This document shows, in pieces, positions 1-8,886 of a DNA stretch of 64,000 bases. Positions within the stretch are counted from its first letter, which is position 1; the number at the start of each line of letters is the position of its first letter. This stretch comes from Hormiphora californensis. Its lineage: Eukaryota > Animalia > Ctenophora. The stretch is from the NCBI GenBank assembly GCA_020137815.1, contig CM035355.1:1736001-1800000 (forward strand). Reading direction: 5' to 3'. The notes under the pieces are model-generated. The model searched no databases. It saw nothing but the letters and a program-made list of their open reading frames with translations, and was not told the DNA's origin. A program made the position numbers and the translations under genes.

Positions 1-2155
1 CGAGACGATCAGAGTTGAAAACGAACAATCTGAACCATTGCCAGAACTACCACAAACTGACTACACTGGTGCCACATTTTCATCCTTCCGAAAAGTAACT
101 GAAGATGAACTCAGTGCTATAATTCAATCTATGGAGAAAAAGCACTGTGATCTCGATCCTATCCCTACCAGCAAACTCGTAGGTGTTCTCCCGAAGTTAC
201 TTCCTCTTATCTCTGACATTGTCAACAAAAGCCTACAAGAAGGTTTAGTTCCTGAACAGCTGAAGCAATCACTTATTCGACCCTCGTTCAAGAAGAAAGG
301 AAGCCCGGAAGAACTCAATAACTACAGACCGGTATCCAACTTAGCTTTTATATCCAAGCTAATTGAAAAATGTGCGTCTATACAGCTTACGGAGCACCTT
401 GAGACGAACGAACTGTTTCCAGGAGTTCAATCGGCGTACCGGAAACATCATAGCACTGAGACCACACTGGTGAAAGTAGTGAATGATCTTCTTCTAATTA
501 CAGACACGAAATCGAAGGCGGTACTTGTATTGCTAGACCTCAGTGCTGCCTTCGACACGATTAACCATGAATTGTTACTTGGGAAACTGAGGAGGAATTA
601 TGGCGTTGAAGGTACTGCCCTTGAATGGTTTGCCTCCTACCTCAAAGATAGGAAAGCTTCTGTGAAAATTGAGACCTCTACATCCTCGCCCTTAGCCATC
701 AACATCGGAGTGCCACAGGGCTCTATACTTGGACCACTGTTGTTCATTCTGTACACAAAAGAGTTGGAAAGTATTGCTAGGCACTATGGACTAATGGTGG
801 AGCTCTATGCTGACGATACTCAGTTGTATGTTTCTTTCACCAACGATTCTCTCCTAGACCTCGAGACGAAACTGCAGGGTTGCTTAAACCACATCAAAGC
901 GTGGATGTCCAAGAACTTCCTCAGACTCAACCCCAGCAAAACTGAAATAATCGTGTTAAACAACAAACATGATAAAACAGAAAACCCTGAAAGCCTTCAA
1001 ACGATGAGCAACCATGAATCTACAAAGCCACTTACACTAGTAAGGAACCTTGGTGTGTTTCTGGACTCAGAGCTCTCCCTATCTGGTCATGTATCCAGAA
1101 CCGTAAGGACGTGTCAACTAGCCCTTATGAATCTTTGGAAACTCCACAGAATGTTGGGTGTTAATCTGAAAGTCAAACTCGTTAACAGTTTAATACACAG
1201 CAGACTGGACTACTGTAACAGCCTCCTTGCTGGTTCTTCTGCCAAAGACATCGGTCGATTACAGAAGATTCAAAACTCTGCAGCCCGTTTCGTCTTTGGA
1301 CAACGCCTCTACCAAGGCACCACAAACCTTCGCAAACAGCTTCATTTCCTACCCGTTCGAGAAAGAGTGCAGTACAAGTTGTGTCTACTGACATACAAAA
1401 CACTGAATGGTATAGCCCCACCTTACCTATCGAAGATGATAACACTCCGTCAACCGAAGTTAAAAAGTCTACGAAGGGATGCTGACAAAACCTTACTTGA
1501 CAAGAACTATGCCAGATATTGTTCGAGTAAAGGTGCGTTCAGTGTCGCTGCTCCGGAAATATGGAATAGCTTACCTTCTTCTCTTCGGGAAAGCTCATCC
1601 ATCACATCATTCAAATCCAACCTGAAAACCCACTTCTTCCGGAAGGCATACGAGTGTTAAAAACAATGTATGAAGACAATTTATACTACGAGAATTGTGG
1701 TAGAGAGATGAGAGAGAGTTGAGGATCCCGAATTAGAGTGTGAAACCGTGAAGTTAGAACGACCAGTACTCTTTTCACTCACGCTTTCTAAACTGGTCTT
1801 TCTTACTAATTTATATTTAATACTTATTCTTTTTATGTGAAATATTCATTTCTGGATCTCTAGATCCAAGAGCATATTCTATTAATCTGCAGTAAGCAGA
1901 GACAGTATATTTCATCATCCGATTTAAATATGGTTTAACTAACAAAAATTACCCTCAGAAAATATCTTCTTGAAAAATATCTGGAAATCCTTGGTATAAA
2001 ACTAACCGCTTTTGAAACGAGAGTTAGTGAGACGAAGTCCGCACCAAGTGATGCTAGTAGTCAAGACCTAACAGAACTCGTGTTGTTCTTTATAATATGG
2101 ACAATGAAAAGCGGACAATAAATGTATATTTGTATTTGTATTTGTATTTGTATTT
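1..2155 (+). mobile_element. Non-LTR retrotransposon (L2/CR1-type LINE), 3' part, cut by window start
   Basis: RT ORF to 1660, about 460 bp 3' UTR, AATAAA at 2117-2122, then a (TATTTG)x4.8 microsatellite tail at 2127-2155, typical of L2/CR1-clade 3' ends. Confidence 0.9.
38..1660 (+). CDS. LINE ORF2 reverse transcriptase domain and C-terminus (5' partial)
   Basis: Motifs NYRPVSNL, QSAYRKHHSTET, LLDLSAAFDT, GVPQGSILGPLLF, YADDTQLY, RNLGVFLD, SRLDYCNSLL; uninterrupted 540 aa. Confidence 0.95.
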   Translation: MPELPQTDYTGATFSSFRKVTEDELSAIIQSMEKKHCDLDPIPTSKLVGVLPKLLPLISDIVNKSLQEGLVPEQLKQSLIRPSFKKKGSPEELNNYRPVSNLAFISKLIEKCASIQLTEHLETNELFPGVQSAYRKHHSTETTLVKVVNDLLLITDTKSKAVLVLLDLSAAFDTINHELLLGKLRRNYGVEGTALEWFASYLKDRKASVKIETSTSSPLAINIGVPQGSILGPLLFILYTKELESIARHYGLMVELYADDTQLYVSFTNDSLLDLETKLQGCLNHIKAWMSKNFLRLNPSKTEIIVLNNKHDKTENPESLQTMSNHESTKPLTLVRNLGVFLDSELSLSGHVSRTVRTCQLALMNLWKLHRMLGVNLKVKLVNSLIHSRLDYCNSLLAGSSAKDIGRLQKIQNSAARFVFGQRLYQGTTNLRKQLHFLPVRERVQYKLCLLTYKTLNGIAPPYLSKMITLRQPKLKSLRRDADKTLLDKNYARYCSSKGAFSVAAPEIWNSLPSSLRESSSITSFKSNLKTHFFRKAYEC

Positions 2156-2217
2156 TGAACTTTTTCTAATCGTTGTTACCGAAACAAGTGTTTAATTGAG
2201 CCTAATTCTCTACAGAT

Positions 2218-2652
2218 ATGTCACGAGTTGTTAAGCTTGTTAATCCACGCATGATAACTGGTATAGTGGGCCGGGAAATAGTAAAAGACCCTTACTTCAG
2301 CCTCCATAAGCTGTATAACACCACTCTCACAGAACTGAAAACCCTCCCTGAGAGCTACCCTTACCGAAAAGAAACGGAGAGACTTACAAAAGAAAGGTAA
2401 GGTGAAGTGACCTATTCAGTATTCAATCCTCCCCTTCTCTATGTTCTGACACAACATTTCTTCAGGCTGTCTCTTCTTGAAAATGCGAAATCTGTCGTTG
2501 AGTTTGAGGACGCTGTGAACGCCCGCTGTATCGAGAATGTCATCCAAGAGGCGAAGAGCGAGTTGTTGTTAATTCGAAAGTTGCCCGCTTGGGCTCCCTG
2601 GGAGCCTTTGGTGGGAGATGCACCTGTCGACCAGTGGAAGTGGCCTATTTGA
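2218..2652 (+). CDS. NDUFA5: NADH dehydrogenase 1 alpha subcomplex subunit 5 (exons 2218-2396, 2466-2652)
   Basis: TGIVG...LY...YR..TE and C-terminal PWEPLV...QWKWPI match NDUFA5; GT-AG intron 2397-2465 restores the frame. Confidence 0.93.
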
Positions 2653-2786
2653 ACTGTGTGTCACGATTTATATAAAATGCTGTTGTGAGTTTGTATTGGA
2701 TACTGTTAACTAAGTTATTTCTACACTGTGAGATACCGTTGTCGGTTGAACCCTATGATTATATCTGTTTATTCCCAATACTAGCC

Positions 2787-4455
2787 ATGCCAGGAGTAAG
2801 CGGACCATCAGGAGAGGCCTTTGTTACCCTTGTAACAAACACTGAATATGGACTCAGTGCGGCCATTCTGGGTCACAAGCTGCAATCTCACGGCACCACT
2901 AGGGATAGGGTTGTCATGGTAACAGATACAGTAACCCAGGAGACAAGAGACCTGCTCTCTCGACACTGGGACAAGATTGTTGATGTGTCTGCCCTTGATA
3001 GTGGTGATGCCGTGCGGCTGGCTCTAATGAAGCGACCTGAACTAGGCATTACCTTCTCTAAACTAAATGTCTGGAGGATGACTCAGTACTCCAAAGTTGT
3101 GTTCGTAGATGCTGACACTATGCCACTTTCCAATATCGATGAGTTGTTTGGGTTTGAAGAGCTATCTGCATGCAGGGATGCCGGATGGCCTGACTGTTTT
3201 AATACTGGCCTGTTTGTCCTGGCTCCTAGCGAAGGTAAATGTATTATCAGCTTTAAATATTTGCTGTATTTGGAGGATGGATTATTTATTTATTGCATAA
3301 CTAATTGTTTCTAGAAAAACTGACCCTAATTTTTCACACAGAAACATACCGTGCTCTTGTAAAACGAGCTGCTGAGGAGGGCTCCTTTGACGGTGGGGAT
3401 CAGGGTCTTCTGAATGCCCACTTCGCAGACTGGTCGTACGGGGACATCAAGAAGCACATCCCCTTTACTTTTAATGTTAACCCTAATGCGAGTTACACCT
3501 ACCTCCCTGCGTACACTCATTTCGCTAAGAATGTTAGGATGGTGCACTTCCTGGGGGCAGTCAAACCGTGGCACTACTTGTACAGCAACGGACAGGTAAT
3601 AATGACTTGTGATGTTCTAGAACCTTTTTTTTCTTCTTTCGGTTGTAATTTGTTTATAGTTTTCTTACACTCACAGCCTGATAAATTTATCCAATCCTTC
3701 TGCAGAGTCAGGTCCTGCCGCCTGCGTGTTAATGAACTTTATAGCCATGTGTGTGTGTGTAACAAATCCTCTCCATCTAACCTTCCATCTTCTTCTCAGT
3801 TCTCTAACCTTCCATTCCTATCATGCAGGTAGTTGGACAAAACATCACGGAGCATTCCCGACGATTCCTGATTGAGTGGCACAAAACTAAAGAGGAAATC
3901 ACCGGAGAGAAAACTAACGCCGCTTCTAAACCAACTCCGTCTATGCAGAGTGGTGGTAGTGTTCAGCAGAATTCCGCTAATCGAGAGGTAACAGTGGTCA
4001 TCCGACATATTCCGACGTGAAATTCGACCTGAATCTCGACCTGGAATGAGGCGCGCATCAGAGAGATGCCGCAGTAAGCAAATGATGTCGCGCTTCAACT
4101 CTTCTCTCTCGCTAGTCTTTTACTACGAATGCGCACCTCATTCCAGGTCGAGATTCAGGTCGAATTTCACGTCGAGGTATGGCAATTATGTCGGATGACC
4201 ACTGTAAAACATGTTTGTTGTAGTTTGTTGTTGTCGTGTTCCTGTGTCAACTTGTTTTAAACTTGTCCCTCCCTCCCACTCTGTTTCAGTCTGCGTCTGT
4301 CCTGGATGTTTTGTCACATATTACGGCACAGATTCGAAGTTAGAATTTCCACCATGTCTCTACCGATCCCCGTATTTTCCTTCCAGGGATCAGTGGTCGA
4401 TGTCCTGTCTCACATTGGATCTCAAATTACTGGCCAGCAACGTCTCTCCTTTTAG
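2787..4455 (+). CDS. GYG1: Glycogenin (GT8); exons about 2787-3234, 3342-3595, 3829-3987, 4387-4455 (last exon tentative)
   Basis: EAFVTL, RPELGITFSKL, VFVDADT, GWPDCFNTGLFV, GSFDGGDQGLLN, YTYLPAY, VHFLGAVKPW. Confidence 0.92.
3992..4204. mobile_element. MITE with long TIRs and TAA target-site duplication in glycogenin intron 3
   Basis: CAGTGGTCATCCGACAT...ATGTCGGATGACCACTG plus an inner IR of about 45 bp (CGACGTGAAATTCGACCTGAATCTCGACCTGGAATGAGG); TAA at 3989-3991 and 4205-4207. Confidence 0.85.
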
Positions 4456-4876
4456 CAACAACTATCTTTATGAAGGAGTAAAAGTGTTTTTATAAAGGAG
4501 CAAGAAGGTCTGCTCTAAAATGTTTCCTATTTCCACTGGTTGGAGATCGGGGGTAGTGTTTATGCGTGTGTTTAATCTTTTTTCACATTTTTTATTGTAA
4601 AGAACAGTCAATTTGCGAGTCAGGTTGTCTGTGTTTAAAAATGAATTTATTTCCTTTTTTTGTAGAGAAGAAGACAAATTTAATTGCATGTTTTTTGTAA
4701 GAGTATCGAATATATTATCATTTATCAATTTAACTTTTGTGTTTGTTTATCGTGTTTGCTGGTTAGTGAGGTCGACTTTGTGGCATGGCAGAGGAAATGG
4801 AGATACATTTCTGATTTAATTGCAATCAAAATATCATCAACAAATCACTTCATATCCTATCATATCACTTCACATC

Positions 4877-6485
4877 CTAGCCCGTTGTAAACAAATTCAG
4901 CTCCTCATAGTCCCTATAATAGTTCTGTTTGGATGTCATCTTTTTACAGTTAAAACACAGGAACACAGCCAACATAACGGCCACAAAACACAACGCCACC
5001 ATTACCAAGAACACTTCAGGGCTCAGTTCAACTTCCCAATTTCCACTTGTGGGTATTATAGTCGGGGCTTCTGTTGTTGTAGTGGGGGTATTCTCACAGA
5101 TTACATCCCTATCACACGCCCCTGGGGTGGAGCTAACTAGGTTCTGGAGCTCATCAAGAGTACAGCCATTAGGGTTCGATGTACAGATTGGCGGAGTGTA
5201 CTCTCTTTCATTGGCGTACACCTGGAAGAAAGGAGTTAAAGTTTTTCAACGACAAATAAATTACTTGTATGAAAGATTTTATGAGCTTTCTCACTTTGAT
5301 CTACCGAACCCTCACGCCGCATCTTATGTAACATGAGGCTCATGTCACATAAATTGCGGCGTGAGCCGCACAATTCTTTCTTACCTTGATAACGCTTTCC
5401 TCCATTTCCGTGCTATCAAACATTACAAAGGCAATGTTATTTGCAAAAGAATCAGCCACAGACAAGTTGAGCACCCCAGACGGTTTATCCAGCCACATAT
5501 CATCCTGGTCCTGGTAGATATCAAGCAGTGTCACTAACGGTAGTATGGTCTCCGAGTGAGCGAAACGGAGGTAAGGTATAAGAGGGTCTGATGTAAAACC
5601 TGTGATCAGATCTTGAAGTAGACCACATGCTAGGGAGGGTGTAGTTGGGTTGGGGTACGAGGAAGCGTATGCTCGACCCATTTGATCAGCTGTCTCCAAC
5701 AACGGTCTCATTTTACCCGGTATGAGATCACAGAATTGTGAACCACCTGCCTCCGTGGGTGAAACCTGCTCGAACACACACAGATACCACAAACTCTTCA
5801 TCTCATCAGTTGTCAGATTCCATCCTATAATTGCTGAAATCTCAGCTTGGTAACCCTGGACCTCTGGAGACATCAATATAGCAAGCTCCAGTTCATCTGA
5901 CTCAGCCTCCAACTCATCATATCCCTGACAGTCCTCCATGTATCTCAGGAGGGGGTCATCAATAGCCATTGATATGGGTTGGTACCCTGTCCAACTGATG
6001 TTGCCTCTAGTTGAGGTGTCGGTGAGAGGTCCTGTTTCACCGAGTAGACCCGCCATGAAGGAGGCACCACTTTGGGAGGTTCTGTCGTAGTGAGTCGCTC
6101 TGATGTCATAGTTTGTAGGGTAGTATGAGGGGAAGAGGGTGCTCCCGAACCTCTGCCAGAACCTCTGCCCCAGGTGGAAATGTTCCAGCATACCCTGCGG
6201 AACGAGGTTACTATCGGGGGTATAAAAAGGCTGAACCCAATCATTCTCTTTTATCCAGCTTAGCGGAATTCCAGATAGTTTTATGGCCATTTCCGTCATT
6301 CCCGGTACTTTTGACGTTCCCAGATGTCTACTCCCATGCCGTGCCAGGAGGTAAACCCCCTTTGGTTCCAGTGAGGTGTCCCATTGGACTGTCGTTATAT
6401 CTCCCCGGATATACTCGTATGGGGTCTTGGTTCCCAGGGATAGAGCAGAAATGTAGGAGGGAAGCAAGACTAGGAGACAAATCAT
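4877..6485 (-). CDS. MINPP1: Histidine acid phosphatase, MINPP1-like, predicted type I membrane protein (exons 6485-5385, 5221-4877)
   Basis: Signal peptide, LGTKTPY, RHGSR catalytic motif, RTSQS, FAHSET; exon 2 adds Cys-rich end, Thr-rich stalk, TM helix and short tail. Confidence 0.8.
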
Positions 6486-6815
6486 GATTAGAACAAATTA
6501 TTCACTAAGAGCGATATTGATATTGGAATCTCTCTAATGAGACATAGTAAAAATTCCATACACCCACTCGAAATTGTGCAAGCGATAACTAGAGGTAGTT
6601 GCGGGAAGAGCTAGCATTAGGGAGAGTGTAGAGAGTTGAGCAAGAAAGATTTAAGATAGAAAGAGAGTAAGAGACAAAGATCTGGTTAGTACGGGGGGTC
6701 GGCAGCAACTGCGTGACTACCTACTTAGGAAAGTGGTAAAAAGGAATAGTGGTTGTAAGTCGTTACTGGTCCACACAGTATGTCTACGAATCACCGTTTT
6801 TACCTTTTAGGATAA

Positions 6816-8275
6816 ATGTTGGGCGGGACGAACATTGTTGAGAGTTCTCTGAGTGGGGAAGAAATCCAACGATATGGAAGGCAAATGATTCTATCGGACA
6901 TTGGTCTGAGGGGACAAGAAAGAATTAAACGCAGTAAGGTGAGAAAACAATACATTCACCTTTCCATCTTCAGCACATTGTATACACATTTTCTCTCTCT
7001 CTCGCTCTCTCCTGCTGGTCTGTCCTATCTCATATTATTATTATATTTGCTACCTGGAATAGGGGGCTGCTGCTACCTCCACTCACCCAGGAAGAGGGGG
7101 AACTCTTTGCTCAACCTTTTATCCACATCTCACTCTTCAGGTATTGATCATAGGAGCAGGAGGTCTGGGGTGTCCTAGTTCCCAGTACCTGGTTGGAGCT
7201 GGTGTTGGTACTGTTGGTCTTGTCGACCAAGACACTGTTGACGTGTCAAACATTCACCGACAGGTACGAGATGAGTTTTAGTGATATTTTTTTGTATTTT
7301 TAGTACATTTTGGTGATATTTTTAGTACATTTAGGGTAGTTTTTCAATCCTGATATTTTTTTCAGATTATTCACAATGAATCCACAGTTGGCCAACTCAA
7401 GGTGGACTCAGCTATTTCTTATCTCCGATCTCTCAACAGCTCTGTTACCCTAATCCGTCACCCTACCTACCTCTCCCCGTCCAATGCAATGGAAATCATG
7501 GAACAATACGATCTAGTTCTAGGACTGCTCTGACAACGCCCCCACTAGATATCTAGTGAATGATTGCTGTGTGATACTCGGTAAACCCCTCGTATCAGGA
7601 GCTGCACTAAGGGACGAGGGTCAGATATCTACATTCAATCTATCCGGGGGTCCATGCTACAGATGTATCCATCCCTCTCCCCCGGATCCCATCCTCCACC
7701 CCGTCCTGTCAGGAGGCTGGTGTTCTCGGTCCTGTCACGGGGCTAGTTGGAGCACTCCAGGCGGGTGAGGCCCTGAAAGATACTGGCCACTGGAGAGGGA
7801 GCGTATAGTGGCAAGTTAGTACTGGTTAGTCCCTGGTGTGGGGTATTCAGGACGATAAAACTCCGGCCCAGGAGGGAGGATTGTGCTGTCTGTGGGGTGG
7901 AGCCATCCGTGACAAGTCTTGTGTCAGCAGGGGAGGTGTCGTGTGGTGGTGTGACACCCGTTACAGATAGAATAACTGTCAAAGAACTCCATTCGACAGA
8001 TTACAAAACCATCTTAGATGTTCGACCAGCGGTAGAGTTTGGTATTTGTGCGCTGGACCGCAGTACGAATATTCCCATTTCAATTTTACTGCGGGGGAAG
8101 GGTGATATACCTCAACTAAGTGAGACAGTGTATGTTGTTTGTAGGAAAGGTAATGACTCACAGAGAGCAGTTAAATGGCTGCGAGAGCAATATCCGGATA
8201 CGAGGTTTCGAGATGTTATAGGAGGTTTGGAGGAATGGAGTAGGAACTGTTGATACTAGTTTTCCTATTTATTAA
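6816..8275 (+). CDS. MOCS3: Adenylyltransferase/sulfurtransferase MOCS3/UBA4 (exons 6816-6938, 7141-7263, 7366-8275; four apparent +1 frameshifts)
   Basis: [57 protein letters not shown], rhodanese VCRKGNDSQ, and corrected C-terminus VDTSFPIY*. Confidence 0.9.
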
Positions 8276-8399
8276 CATATTTCCTGACATAATTTTATTA
8301 ATTTATTTCTTTTAGTCACCCATAAATACACGAGTTTTTCTATTGAATCACTGCATATTTATGCGAAATCTAATCACAACTGCACTGTTACAGCATGTA

Positions 8400-8795
8400 A
8401 TGGACAGACCTACCAAGACATCCCGACCCCCTTCTCTCAATCCTTCAACCGCTCAGAAACGAGAAGCAATCACCAAACGGCACCAAAAATATGGCAGCTT
8501 TATGTCCCGTCTAGGGGCTGCGTACCGCCGGAGTCCCTTTGCCAAATCCAAGATAACTGACACTAAGATATTCGCAGTTGGAGCACTAGGTGGTTTATTT
8601 GTTGCGCTGTTTAGAATTCATGTAGAAGCCAGGGGCGATACGTTCTATGATTATATAGAGAAGAAGGGTGCCTGGGAGCGATGGGAAATATTGAGCGATG
8701 AACAAAAGAAAGAGATTCTTGTTAGGAAGGGTAGAGAGGATCTTTTGTGGACTGTTAGTGGTATTAAAAGTGAAGAATTAGTTGATGTTCGTTAG
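8400..8795 (+). CDS. 131-aa single-pass membrane protein, probable SMIM4/UQCC5 (UPF0640)-like
   Basis: IFAVGALGGLFVALFRIHVEARGDTFYDYIEKK resembles the SMIM4 core (F..LGG...I.V...ETFYD...K), recalled from memory; intact ORF preceded by a TACAG acceptor. Confidence 0.5.
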   Translation: MDRPTKTSRPPSLNPSTAQKREAITKRHQKYGSFMSRLGAAYRRSPFAKSKITDTKIFAVGALGGLFVALFRIHVEARGDTFYDYIEKKGAWERWEILSDEQKKEILVRKGREDLLWTVSGIKSEELVDVR

Positions 8796-8886
8796 TTTAT
8801 TAAAGTTATAATTTATTATTATATTAACTGTTTTGTAACTTGGTGTTTAAAGTACTAAATACAGAAAATCGTTCTCTAGCCCAGCA

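Noticed and set aside
6816-8275. Programmed ribosomal frameshifting or pseudogene status of MOCS3
   Set aside because: There are four independent +1 events without slippery heptamers, and the same pattern occurs in unrelated genes; sequencing error is the simpler explanation.
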